A stretch of DNA of 64,000 nucleotides, from contig CAVPVX010000010.1 in assembly GCA_963709345.1 (NCBI GenBank), forward strand, positions 128,001 to 192,000, in the 5' to 3' direction. Positions 36,908 to 46,639 of this stretch are shown here, piece by piece. Origin of the DNA: an uncultured Actinomycetes bacterium (GTDB lineage: Bacteria > Actinomycetota > Thermoleophilia > UBA2241). The first letter of the stretch is position 1, and each line of letters starts with the position of its first letter. Position numbers and translations under genes: made by a program. The notes beneath the pieces were generated by a model. The model was not told the DNA's origin, did not search any database, and worked only from the letters and a program-made list of their open reading frames with translations.

Positions 36908-38236
36908 GTGGCAGCCCCCTCGGTGCTCGCGCCACGGGGTGACCCCCGCGGCGGGACCGCGCGCCGTACAATGGTCGTCATGGATCGACCTCGCCGCAGC
37001 CCGCGCTCCACCGTCCTCCTCGCCGCGATCGCCTTGCCGGTCGCCGTCCTTGCGCTCGTCGTGTTCGGCGCCCTTCTGCCGGTCATCGTCGAGGAGAGGG
37101 CGCCGGCCACCGAGCCGGTGGTGCGGGCGGCCCGGCCGGACGAGGCAAGGGCGGCACTGGGCCGCGCGGCGAGCGCGCTCCGCGAGGGCGACCGCGTCGC
37201 CTACGACGACGCCCTGCCCGCATCCGGCCCCGCCGCCCGCACGGCGCTCCGCTCGCTCTACCGGCACCTCGCGCCGCTGCCGTGGACGAGCTTTCGTTTC
37301 GCGGCCAAGCCGGTCCCTGGTGTACCGGGGCGCTTCGACGTGCGCGCCGTTGGAGAGCTCGGCGCCGCCGACCCTTCGGACCGCATCCTCGCCGAGCGCA
37401 TCCTCGACATCGGCGTGCTCGACGAGCGGGTCATCGTGCGCGGCGACGACACCCCGCCCGCCGTCGCCCGCCAGAACGTCATGGCCTTCGCGCGGCCGAT
37501 CGCGGTGCGGCGCAACGGCTGCATCGTGCTCGCCGACGAGAGTGAGGCTGGGCGAGCCGGCGACGTCGCCGACGCCTGCGGCCCGGCGCGAGAGCGGCTC
37601 GCGCTGCTCGGCATCACATCGCGCGAGCCGGTCGTCATCTACTACTTCTCCTCGCGCCGCCAGCTTCGCCGGGCGCTCGGCGGGGGCCCTGCCGAACAAC
37701 GCATCCGGTTCTTCTCGCGCGCTCCCGACCGGCTGAGCCGCGCGCCGGCGAAGACCCGCGACATCGGCGTGCTGGGCCCGGCCCTCGACGGCCAGGACGA
37801 CTGGATGCCACTGATGCTCGCCCACGAGCTCACCCACGCCCACACCGCGAGTTGGTTCGCGAAGACGAAGCACGCGCCCACGCTTCTCGCCGAGGGTCTC
37901 GCCACCGCCGTGGAGGGAGGGCGCACCTACCAGCCGCTGCGCGACGACCTCGCGTCGGCCGACCCCGAGCTGCCGCTGCTCACGGCGATCGCCAGTGGCA
38001 GCCTGTGGAGCGGAAAGCCGATAGACATCGTGCGGCTCGGGTACCTCGAGGGGGGGTCCCTGGTGCTCTACGTGCTCGACGGCTGGGGCTTGGCCGACCT
38101 GCGCCGCTTCATCACCGCGGCGAGCGACTCGGACCTGAGCGAGACCGGGCTCGACAAGGCGGTGCGCAAGAGCCTCGGAGTCGGTTGGGACGAGTTCTAC
38201 GCCGGGTGGGTGCAGTTCGTAAAGACGCTGCCCTGA
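36908..38236 (+). CDS. Membrane-anchored HExxH zinc-metallopeptidase-like protein, paralog 2
   Basis: LAHELTHA, LAEGLA. Shares LAPLPW.SF.F, GY..GGSLV.YVL..WG and LGV.W..FY.GW with the upstream gene. Start may be 36971. Confidence 0.72.
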   Translation: MAAPSVLAPRGDPRGGTARRTMVVMDRPRRSPRSTVLLAAIALPVAVLALVVFGALLPVIVEERAPATEPVVRAARPDEARAALGRAASALREGDRVAYDDALPASGPAARTALRSLYRHLAPLPWTSFRFAAKPVPGVPGRFDVRAVGELGAADPSDRILAERILDIGVLDERVIVRGDDTPPAVARQNVMAFARPIAVRRNGCIVLADESEAGRAGDVADACGPARERLALLGITSREPVVIYYFSSRRQLRRALGGGPAEQRIRFFSRAPDRLSRAPAKTRDIGVLGPALDGQDDWMPLMLAHELTHAHTASWFAKTKHAPTLLAEGLATAVEGGRTYQPLRDDLASADPELPLLTAIASGSLWSGKPIDIVRLGYLEGGSLVLYVLDGWGLADLRRFITAASDSDLSETGLDKAVRKSLGVGWDEFYAGWVQFVKTLP

Positions 38237-38304
38237 CGGCGGCGCCCCCGCGGGCACAACGACGCCGCGAGAACGGCAGCGGAGCCCCGCGGCCCCGCCG
38301 CGCC

Positions 38305-40839
38305 TCAGACCGCCGGTTCCGAGAGGTCGACGAGGCCTCGACGCACCACCCGGAGGCACGAGGCGGCGACGTCGTCGTGGTACAGGCGGCCGGCGCCCCA
38401 CTGGATCTCGTCGAGCGCTGCGCCGACGCCCAGAGCCGGCCGGTACGGGCGGTGCGAGGCCATGGCCTCGACGACGTCGGCCACCATCAGGATGCACGCC
38501 TCGAGCATGATCTCGTCGCCGCGCAGGCCGCGAGGGTAGCCGGAGCCGTCGAGGCGCTCGTGGTGCTGCAGCACGATCTCCGCCACCGGCGCCTCGAAGC
38601 CGATGCCGGCGAGCACCTCGTGGCCGACCTCCACGTGGGTCTGGATCAGGCTGTACTCCCACTCCGAGAGGCGCCGCGGCATGGTCATGATCTCCGCCGG
38701 AACGGCGACCTTGCCGATGTCGTGGACCGAGGCCGCGTGGCGCAGCCCGGCGATCACCCGCGGCTCAAGCCCCATGTCGGTGGCGATGGCCTCCGCGAGC
38801 GCCGTGACGCGGCGCTCGTGCCCGGCGGTGTACGGGTCGCGCAGGGCGACGATGGTGCCCATCGCCGCGACCGTGTCGCCGAGCACCGCGCTGAGCTGCT
38901 CCTCGCGCGCGAGAAGCGCGTCCTTGGCCAGGCGCGCGTCGGTGATGTCGGTGCCGGCGACGATCAGGGCGCCGACGTCGCCGTCCGCACCCACCACCGG
39001 CGTCACCGACAGGTCGAACCACGGCGTCTCGCCGTCCTTGGCGACGAGTCGCCGCTCGAAGCGGTCGCTCTTGCCCTCGCCGGCCAGCGCCAGCGACAGC
39101 CGGCGCAGCATAGCCGGGCGCTCCTCCGGCGGCGTGATGTCGCGCATGGTCATGCGCTGCAGCTCTTCCGCCGGGTAGCCGAGCGCCCCGTGGAAGGCGC
39201 GGTTCCAGCGCGCGAACGCGCCGCGCGGGTCCATCACGACCATCGGGATGCCGACGAGGTCGAACACGGCGTGCATCTCGGCCTCGCTGGCGCGCAGAGC
39301 CTCCTCCGCCCGCTTCTCGGCGGTGACGTCGTTGTAGATCGCCACGATCTCCCCGGTGGGCAGCTTGAAGACGTAGTTGTCGTACCAGTTCGCGAACCGC
39401 TCGTCCGTGTAGATCTTGGCCGGGAAGTGCTCGGGGTCGCCGGTGCGCCAGACGCGCCAGAAGACGTCGACAAGGCCGTACTCGTCGATGGCCGGGCGCA
39501 GACCCTTGAGGCTCTTGCCGATGACGCTGTCCTTGCGCCGGCCTTCGATACGCAGGCTCGTCTCGTTCATGTCCTTGATGACGTAGTCGTCGCCGGAGCG
39601 GCCGTCGCCGCGCACTTCGTAGATGCCGCAGCCGCTCGGCATGGTGTCGAAGAGGCCGCGAACCAGCGCTTCGCGCTCGAGCAGCCTCTCCTGCGCCTCG
39701 ACGGCGTCGGTCACATCCTGGATGACGCCCAACGCCCGCAGCGGCTCACCAGCGTCGTCGCTCTCCACCTCGAGCGACTGGCGCAGGTGACGTGTCTTGC
39801 CGTCGGGGCGGATGATGCGGAACTGGAGCTCGGCGGCGGTGGCTCCCGCCGCGATTGCATCGTTGAGCTCCTGGTTGCGGTCGCGATCGTCGGGGTGGAT
39901 CAGGGCGACGATCGCCGGGAAGGAGAGCTCGAAGCCCTCGTCCACGCCCCAGATGCGATAGAGCTCGTGTGACCACGTGAGTTCGCCGGCGGCGATGTCC
40001 CACTCCCAGCTTCCCATGCGGCCCACCTGCTGGGCGCGATTCATGGTCTCCTCAGCTCTGCGCAGCGTTGCTTCGGTGCGCTCGCGCTCGGTGACGTCGA
40101 ACTCCACGCCGACGATGCCGGCCGGACGGCCGGCCAGGTCGGCGTACACCGAGCGGTGCAGATCGATGCGGCGCAGGCCTTCGTGCGCGTACATCGCGTC
40201 CTCGATGACGTGGTCCGCGCCTCCGCGTGCGAGGATCGCGGCGTCGTCCTTGTCGTAGGCGGCTGCCAGGTCGGCCGGATGCACGTCGGCGGCCGTCCTG
40301 CCGAGGATCGCGTCGCGCTCCACGCCGACGGCCTCCGCGTACGCGCGGTTGACGGCCACGTACACGCCTTCCGCATCCTTGTGGAAGATGGGCGCGGGGA
40401 TGGCGTCGAGGATCTGTTGGAGGTAGTTCGCGGACTCGCGAAGTTGCTGCTCCGCGCGCATGCGGGCGGAGACGTCGTGGGCGATGTGGACCGAGCCGAC
40501 GATCGAGCCGCCGGCGTCGCGGAGCGGTGCGCACGAGACCTCGAAGAGGCCCTTGCCCGTGATCTCGACGCGCTCGGTCGTCGGTTCGCCCGAGTCGTTG
40601 AGCAGACGCATGTGCGGGCACTTCGTCATGGGGCCGTCGGTCCCGTGGACGAGCTCGTAGCACTTGCGACCGACGAGCTGGTCGGGCTCGAGCCCGAAGG
40701 CGGTGGCCATCGCACGGTTGGCGCGGCGCACGGTACAGTCGGTGTCGATGAGCGCGACCCAGTCGGGAGCGACGTCGAACGCCGCATCCGGCGTGAACGC
40801 GTCGACGACCGGCCCGGCCTCTGCCTCTGACTCGTTCAT
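38305..40839 (-). CDS. Multi-PAS HD-GYP c-di-GMP phosphodiesterase
   Basis: Several PAS/PAC domains, RDPYTAGHERRV, VHDIGK, HHERLDGSGYPRGL, VADVVEAM.SHRPYR. Confidence 0.92.
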   Translation of the reverse strand: MNESEAEAGPVVDAFTPDAAFDVAPDWVALIDTDCTVRRANRAMATAFGLEPDQLVGRKCYELVHGTDGPMTKCPHMRLLNDSGEPTTERVEITGKGLFEVSCAPLRDAGGSIVGSVHIAHDVSARMRAEQQLRESANYLQQILDAIPAPIFHKDAEGVYVAVNRAYAEAVGVERDAILGRTAADVHPADLAAAYDKDDAAILARGGADHVIEDAMYAHEGLRRIDLHRSVYADLAGRPAGIVGVEFDVTERERTEATLRRAEETMNRAQQVGRMGSWEWDIAAGELTWSHELYRIWGVDEGFELSFPAIVALIHPDDRDRNQELNDAIAAGATAAELQFRIIRPDGKTRHLRQSLEVESDDAGEPLRALGVIQDVTDAVEAQERLLEREALVRGLFDTMPSGCGIYEVRGDGRSGDDYVIKDMNETSLRIEGRRKDSVIGKSLKGLRPAIDEYGLVDVFWRVWRTGDPEHFPAKIYTDERFANWYDNYVFKLPTGEIVAIYNDVTAEKRAEEALRASEAEMHAVFDLVGIPMVVMDPRGAFARWNRAFHGALGYPAEELQRMTMRDITPPEERPAMLRRLSLALAGEGKSDRFERRLVAKDGETPWFDLSVTPVVGADGDVGALIVAGTDITDARLAKDALLAREEQLSAVLGDTVAAMGTIVALRDPYTAGHERRVTALAEAIATDMGLEPRVIAGLRHAASVHDIGKVAVPAEIMTMPRRLSEWEYSLIQTHVEVGHEVLAGIGFEAPVAEIVLQHHERLDGSGYPRGLRGDEIMLEACILMVADVVEAMASHRPYRPALGVGAALDEIQWGAGRLYHDDVAASCLRVVRRGLVDLSEPAV

Positions 40840-41069
40840 GGTGTGGCTCTCTCCGCCCGGCGGGTGCCGTCTCCCCGCAATGGGTGGATTATGCACACGA
40901 AACCGGCGCTCACGCCACTCCGGGGTGGGAGCTCTTGCAGCTCGACCGGCGCCGGTTGCGTGGTGCGTCCGGATCGCCGGTTGCCACTGTAAGGTTGCGT
41001 CGTCGCCCGGTCGGGGGTACACCTCAGTAGACACAGCCCCGCAGCAGCATCACTCCGGAAGGAGATCCC

Positions 41070-42446
41070 ATGCGGTCCAGAGTCATCATCCTCGCCTCCC
41101 TCGTCGCTCTCGCGGCGGTGATCCTGGTCGTCGGCGTCGCCGTGGCCGGCGCCGACCAGTCGACTCCGCTCCCCGACGTCAGCGCTCCCGATCTGCTCGC
41201 AAGGATGGGGCAGGCGGACGGCGAGGTGACGGCCATGAGTGGAGAGATCTCCTGGCGGAACGAGTTGTTCGGCGATGTGCGCGCGGCGAGTGACATGGCG
41301 CAGCTCCCGGCACAGTCGCCGCTCATGACCGGCGGTTCGGGCCGCATCTGGGTGAGTGACGCCGGCGCCCGTGCCGAATCCCAGGCGAGCGGCGGCGACC
41401 AGGTGGTCGTCGTGAACAAGGCAGCGCGCACCGCGTGGGTCTACGACTACGCCGCGAACACGGTGGAGGAACTGGTCGTCACTGGTGAGGCGCCGGCGGA
41501 GACCCCTTCTCCGGCGCCTTCCGCCGCCTTCATGACACCCGAGGCGATCACCATGTATCTGCAGCGTTTCGCGCGCTTCGCTACGGTCGAGGTGTCCGGC
41601 CAGGCCGAGGTCGCCGGGCGGGACACCTACCTGCTGCGGATGACGCCGGTGGCCGACGACACCGCCTTGGGCTACGTGCAGGCGGCGATCGACGGAGAGA
41701 CCATGGTGCCGCTCCGGCTCGAGGTCTTCGCCAAGGGCGGCTCCGCGCCGGTGCTGCGCTTCGGCTTCGACAGCGTGAAGTACGATCCCATCGACCCGTC
41801 GCTGCTGGTCTTCACGCCGCCTGAGGGCGCTGCCGTCAAGGCGAAGACCGTGGACGGCGACGCGATGCGCGAGAAGGCCGAAGCGGCGCACGACGATCAG
41901 GCGGCCAAGGGCGAGCCGACCGAGGCCGAGAAGGCCGCCGCGCAGAAGCAGGTGCGGCGCGCTCTGCTCACGCGCGAGCAGGTGCAGGATCTCGTGCCCT
42001 ACGACGTCGCGCGGGCGCGCGGCTACGAGGCGCGACCGTATCGCTGGGGCTACGTGTTCGACCAGGGCGGCCCGCTGACTGCCGCCGGGACTCCGCTGGC
42101 GCAGCTCATGGGCATGGCGACCGGAGGCGGCAAGGCCTTCGAGGGTATCGGTGAGCAGGCCGATCGCCCGACGACCGGTCCGACCAGCGTCCTGCTCTAC
42201 GGTGACGGCTTCGGCGCCGTCGCTCTGGCGCAGACCGAGACGACGCCGGAGATCGAGAAGCAGCTCGAGGAACTGCGGAAGACGTCGCAGATCCTCGGCA
42301 CGACCAGCGTCGGCGGCGCGAAGGCGCAGGTCGTCGGCACGCCGCTCGGCGGCGTCATCGTCTGGCAGCAGGGCGGCACCACGCTCGTCGCCGGCGGGAT
42401 GGTGCCGATGAGCGACCTCGAGGCCTTCGCGAGTTCCGTTCGTTGA
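41070..42446 (+). CDS. Exported LolA / RseB-like fold protein (DUF2092-like) linked to an ABC exporter
   Basis: Signal sequence, AWVYD...N, VAGRDTY.L.MTP, IDGET.VPLR, FTPPEGA.V. Confidence 0.7.
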   Translation: MRSRVIILASLVALAAVILVVGVAVAGADQSTPLPDVSAPDLLARMGQADGEVTAMSGEISWRNELFGDVRAASDMAQLPAQSPLMTGGSGRIWVSDAGARAESQASGGDQVVVVNKAARTAWVYDYAANTVEELVVTGEAPAETPSPAPSAAFMTPEAITMYLQRFARFATVEVSGQAEVAGRDTYLLRMTPVADDTALGYVQAAIDGETMVPLRLEVFAKGGSAPVLRFGFDSVKYDPIDPSLLVFTPPEGAAVKAKTVDGDAMREKAEAAHDDQAAKGEPTEAEKAAAQKQVRRALLTREQVQDLVPYDVARARGYEARPYRWGYVFDQGGPLTAAGTPLAQLMGMATGGGKAFEGIGEQADRPTTGPTSVLLYGDGFGAVALAQTETTPEIEKQLEELRKTSQILGTTSVGGAKAQVVGTPLGGVIVWQQGGTTLVAGGMVPMSDLEAFASSVR

Positions 42447-42447
42447 C

Positions 42448-43551
42448 GTGGACGACACTGAGACGCCAGACGTCGCGGAAGCGCAGATGGTGAGTGGACA
42501 CGAGGAGGTGCGGCCCGGGCAGCAGAGTTGCGACGGCCGCGACCCCGACGGCGTACGCGACCCGGACGCGTCGCGCGCGGGCCCCATCCTCACGACCCAT
42601 GGCCTCACCAAGCAGTTCGGCGGCATCCGCGCTGTGGACGGCCTCGACATGCGCGTCTGCAAGGGCGACATCTTCGGCTTTCTCGGGCCCAACGGCGCCG
42701 GCAAGACGACGGTCATCCGTCTCGCCCTCGGGCTGATCCACCCGACGAGCGGTCACGTGGAGGTGTGCGGGCACCGGGTGCCCGGCGAGCTTCAGGAAGC
42801 GCTACGCCACGTCGGCGGCTTCGTCGACGACCCGACGTTCTACCCGCTCATGAGCGCGCGGCGGAACCTCCGGCTGCTGGGCAGCATGACGGGCCCTGTG
42901 AGCGAGGAGCGCATCGACGAAGTGCTGGACATCGTCGCGCTCCGCGACAGGGCCGGCGACCGTGTCGGCGGCTTCAGCCACGGGATGAAGCAGCGCCTCG
43001 GCATCGCCCAGGCGCTGCTGCACAGCCCCGAGCTCATCGTGCTCGACGAGCCGACCAGCGGGCTGGACCCGCGCGGCATGAAGGACGTGCGCGAGCTCAT
43101 CCGCGAGCTCGGCGCGGCGGGCACGACCGTCTTCCTGAGCTCGCACCTGCTGCACGAGGTGGAGCAGGTGTGTACGCGCGCGGTGATCATCAACAAGGGC
43201 CGCGTCGTCGTGCAGGGTCCTGTGAGTGAGTTGCGGCCCAAGGACGACGCCATCAAGGTGCTCACCGGCGACCAGGGGCGCGCTGCCGGTGTGCTGCGCG
43301 GCCAGTTCGGCGCCGCCGGCGTGAGCGACGACGAGGAGTACCTGATCGTCAAGGCCGGCGAGGACGCGGTGCCCGAGATGGTCCGCCGGCTGGTCGGCGA
43401 CGGCATCGAGGTGCGCGCCGTCGTGCCGGCGCCCGAGCAGGGCCTCGAGGACTTCTTCCTCGAGCTCACCGGCACGGACGACGCGAGCCGGCCGGCGCCG
43501 GCGAAGCGCCGCGCCGGTCTCTCCCGCCTGCTCCCAGGGAGACGGAGATGA
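42448..43551 (+). CDS. ABC-2 type exporter ATP-binding protein
   Basis: GFLGPNGAGKTT, FSHGMKQRLGIA, LDEPTSGLDP, SSHLL.EVE. Confidence 0.92.
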   Translation: MDDTETPDVAEAQMVSGHEEVRPGQQSCDGRDPDGVRDPDASRAGPILTTHGLTKQFGGIRAVDGLDMRVCKGDIFGFLGPNGAGKTTVIRLALGLIHPTSGHVEVCGHRVPGELQEALRHVGGFVDDPTFYPLMSARRNLRLLGSMTGPVSEERIDEVLDIVALRDRAGDRVGGFSHGMKQRLGIAQALLHSPELIVLDEPTSGLDPRGMKDVRELIRELGAAGTTVFLSSHLLHEVEQVCTRAVIINKGRVVVQGPVSELRPKDDAIKVLTGDQGRAAGVLRGQFGAAGVSDDEEYLIVKAGEDAVPEMVRRLVGDGIEVRAVVPAPEQGLEDFFLELTGTDDASRPAPAKRRAGLSRLLPGRRR

Positions 43552-43597
43552 CGGCCGCGGCCCGCCGCGCCGCGCGGCCCGCCGTCGGAGGCCCCCG

Positions 43598-44620
43598 ATG
43601 AGCCCCGCCGGCTGCGCCTGCCCGCCCCCCAAGCCGCCGGGCAAGGACGGCCCGGCGCCCGTCCCACAGGCCGGCGGCCCCGACTACACGACGACCTCCG
43701 GCGAGCCGATCCACGGGCCCGCCGGCCCGCCGCCTGCCGAGCGGTCGCCCGCCGCAGCCACCGACTCCGCTCACGGCAGCACCACCGCCGCCATGCGCGG
43801 CTCCGCCTGGGGCCCGCTGCGCCGCGAGTGGATCAAGCTGTTGTTCCAGCGCCGCAGCTACCTCATCTGGGGCGGCGCGCTCCTCATCCCGTTTCTCATT
43901 GCTCTCGCGCTCTACCTGGCGAGCGAGGATCCGCACGGAGGCGGGGGCGGCCCGCTGTTCATGGAGCGCGTCACCGGCAACGGCATGTTCGTCCCTCTCG
44001 CGGCGCTGTCGTCGCTGCTGCCCTTCCTGTTGCCGCTGGCCGCGGCCATGGTCGCCGGGTACATGGTCGCCGGCGAGGCCGAGTTGGGCACGCTCCGCAT
44101 CGTGCTGCTGCGACCCGTCCGCCGCGGCTCGCTCCTCCTCGCCAAGTGGACGATCGCGATGGCCTATCTCGCCGTCGGCTTCGCGATCATGGCCGTGGGC
44201 GGGCTGCTCTTCGGCGCGCTCTTCTTCGACATCGAGCCGCTGATCACGTTCTCCGGCTCGACCGTGAGCATCGCGGAAGGCCTCGTCCTGATCTTGCTCT
44301 GCTGCCTGTACGGCTTGGCGGCGATGGCCTGCATCGTGTCGCTGGCGCTCCTCTTCAGCACCATCACCGACTCGAGCCTCACAGCTCTGATTGCCACTAT
44401 CGTCATCTACATCGTCCTGCAGGTGCTGATCGCCTTCAGCTACTTCGACTGGTTGGCCCCCTGGGTGTTCCCGCACTACTTCCTCGAGTACGTCAACTTC
44501 TTCCGCGACCCGATCTACTGGGAGCCGATCGTCAAGGGCCTGGCGTCGTTCGCGGCTTGGAGCTTCGGGCTGACGTTCGTCGCCTATCTGCTGTTCCGCC
44601 GCAAGGACGTGTTGTCGTAA
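43598..44620 (+). CDS. ABC-2 type exporter permease
   Basis: EWIKL, VAGEAELGTLR..L.RPV.R..LLLAK, six TM helices, FRRKDV end. Confidence 0.9.
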   Translation: MSPAGCACPPPKPPGKDGPAPVPQAGGPDYTTTSGEPIHGPAGPPPAERSPAAATDSAHGSTTAAMRGSAWGPLRREWIKLLFQRRSYLIWGGALLIPFLIALALYLASEDPHGGGGGPLFMERVTGNGMFVPLAALSSLLPFLLPLAAAMVAGYMVAGEAELGTLRIVLLRPVRRGSLLLAKWTIAMAYLAVGFAIMAVGGLLFGALFFDIEPLITFSGSTVSIAEGLVLILLCCLYGLAAMACIVSLALLFSTITDSSLTALIATIVIYIVLQVLIAFSYFDWLAPWVFPHYFLEYVNFFRDPIYWEPIVKGLASFAAWSFGLTFVAYLLFRRKDVLS

Positions 44621-44682
44621 GCTGAAGTCGCGCCGGACGTGCCCCCGACCGGACCCGTCCGGAAGCGTCGTCAACCAGGAGG

Positions 44683-45873
44683 ATGACGATGACTGAGGCG
44701 ATCCCCCCGACGATGCGGGCGATGCGGCTCGCGGTGCCCGCACCCGCAGCCGAGGCGCCGCTCGAACTGGTGGAGATGCCCGTGCCCGAGCCGGGTCCCG
44801 GCCAGGTGCTGCTGAAGGTGCTCGCATGCGGCGTCTGCCGCACCGACCTGCACATTCTCGAGGGCGAGCTACCGCCGCATCGCTCACCGGTCGTCCTTGG
44901 TCACCAGATCGTCGCCGAGGTCGCGGCGCTCGGGGAGGGTGCGCAACAGGTCGCGCCGGGCGGCGACCCGTCCGCGTTGCCGCTTCGCGTCGGCGACCGC
45001 GTCGGCGTGCCCTGGCTGCACCAGACCGACGAGACCTGCCGCTTCTGCGTCCGCGGTCGGGAGAACCTCTGCGATCACGCGCTGTTCACCGGCTGGGACG
45101 TGGACGGCGGCTTCGCCGAATACACGCTGGCGCCGGCCGGCTTCGTCTACCGTCTGCCGGCCGGCATGACCGCGATGGCCGCGGCGCCGCTGCTCTGTGC
45201 CGGCATCATCGGCTATCGTTGCCTGCGGCTGGTGGGCATCGTCGGCGACAGCGTCGCGCTTCCGTCGGCCGCCGGCGCCCCCGGCGGATCGGCGGCCGCC
45301 GAGCTGGCCGCCGTCAAGGAGCGGGAGCGCTGGCCCGACTGGCCGCCCGCTCCGCCCGGTTCCGCCGGCCCGCGTCGCCTCGCCATCTACGGCTTCGGCT
45401 CGGCGGCCTCGCTCTGCACGCAGATCGCCGTCTGGCGCGGCTGGGAGGTCTACGGCATCGCCCGCGACGCCGAGCACCGGGCGATGGCGCTCGAGCTCGG
45501 CGCCGTCTGGGCAGGCGAGGCGAGCGACGACCCCGGCGTGCTCTACGACGCGGCGATCGTCTTCGCGCCTGCCGGCGAGCTCGCCGTCGACGCCCTGCGC
45601 CGGCTCGACAAGGGCGGCATCGTGGCGCTGGGCGGGATCTACTCCTCACCCATCCCGCCCATCGAATACCCGTTGATCTACCACGAGCGCGTGGTGCGCA
45701 GCATCGCCAACTCCACGCGCCAGGACGCCCGCGAGCTGCTGCGCGACGCGGCCGCCATCCCTATCGCAAGCCGTGTGCAGGAGTACGCGCTCGAGCAGGC
45801 GAACGAGGCGCTCCTCGACCTCAAGGAGGACAGGGTGCGGGGGTCCGCGGTGCTCAGGGTCGCTGAGGGCTGA
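44683..45873 (+). CDS. Zinc-dependent alcohol dehydrogenase family protein
   Basis: CGVCRTDLH, GHQIV, GDRVGVPWL, CRFC..G.ENLC, APLLCAG, IYGFG. Confidence 0.92.
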   Translation: MTMTEAIPPTMRAMRLAVPAPAAEAPLELVEMPVPEPGPGQVLLKVLACGVCRTDLHILEGELPPHRSPVVLGHQIVAEVAALGEGAQQVAPGGDPSALPLRVGDRVGVPWLHQTDETCRFCVRGRENLCDHALFTGWDVDGGFAEYTLAPAGFVYRLPAGMTAMAAAPLLCAGIIGYRCLRLVGIVGDSVALPSAAGAPGGSAAAELAAVKERERWPDWPPAPPGSAGPRRLAIYGFGSAASLCTQIAVWRGWEVYGIARDAEHRAMALELGAVWAGEASDDPGVLYDAAIVFAPAGELAVDALRRLDKGGIVALGGIYSSPIPPIEYPLIYHERVVRSIANSTRQDARELLRDAAAIPIASRVQEYALEQANEALLDLKEDRVRGSAVLRVAEG

Positions 45874-45890
45874 GCGAGCCTGGGAGCATC

Positions 45891-46110
45891 ATGAAGCGAG
45901 GTGGAGTGGGCGTTGAAGCGCGCCCCGAGGAGGTGTGGCAGCAGACCGCCGTGCTCTCAGGAGTCTCCAAGGAGTTCACCGACAGCTACTACGCCGGGAA
46001 GAGGAAGGCGGTCGCCAATCGTCTGGGCGAGGTCATCGAGTACGAGGCTCCGAAGCGGCCTGCCGACATCGGGCTCACCCGCGCGCAGCAGTCGTTCGTC
46101 TACCTGCCAT
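45891..46110 (+). pseudogene. C-terminal fragment of an ASCH / PUA-like domain protein
   Basis: PEEVWQQT...SGVSKEF.DSYYAGK.KAVA..LG.V..YE.P....DIG....QSFVY matches the ASCH C-terminal half. The N-terminal half is absent. Confidence 0.55.
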
Positions 46111-46239
46111 TGGCTGGCCCCATTCGCCGGTCCACTTCCTATGTCAGTGCCGGAGTCACCTCCGGGGTAGAGGTCGGAGGAGCGTAGTCGGAGAGCGAGA
46201 AGCCTGGGAAAACGCTCGTCTCAGGCGCCGGCGGCCTGT

Positions 46240-46530
46240 TGCCGAGCGCGCCGTGCAGGCGGCGGTGGCGAGGCTGCCGCAGCGTCACTCCGACCTCCTC
46301 AGGATCTTCAAGTCGGTGGAGCACACGCATGACGAAGAGGCCTGCGAGCGGCTGCCGGCAGACCAGTCGGTGCGCGACGAGTTCTACGAGCGGCTGTCCG
46401 CGTGTGCGCGCTCGCCGGGCATCTCGCTCTCCGCCGAGGCGCTCTTCCGCGACACGAGCGACAAGAAGGTCCGCCGCTACAAGGCGGACCTGCGGTGCTT
46501 CGAGAATCTGCGCCGGTCCGTGCGCCGCGG
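46240..46530 (+). pseudogene. Internal fragment of a type I restriction endonuclease R subunit (HsdR C-terminal region)
   Basis: LPQRHSDL..IFK.V....DEEA.E.L.AD..VRDEFYERLS..AR...I.LS.......D..V.RYK.DL..F.NLRRSV. No nuclease or helicase domains flank it. Confidence 0.55.
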
Positions 46531-46639
46531 GGCGCCGGACTGCCCGGCATCGCGTGCCGCAGCGCCGCGCCGGCCGCCCCGGAGGGCGGCGAGGAGTTGG
46601 CGTGGTTCCCTCGCGAAAGACGGCTCGCCGCACGCGGCG

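Noticed and set aside
35294-38662. 1122-aa ORF on the minus strand
   Set aside because: Antisense to the two peptidase genes, Arg/Gly/Pro-rich and without domain motifs.
40983-40992. GCCACTGTAA resembling part of a cobalamin riboswitch
   Set aside because: The other conserved elements (GGGAA, B12 box) are missing.
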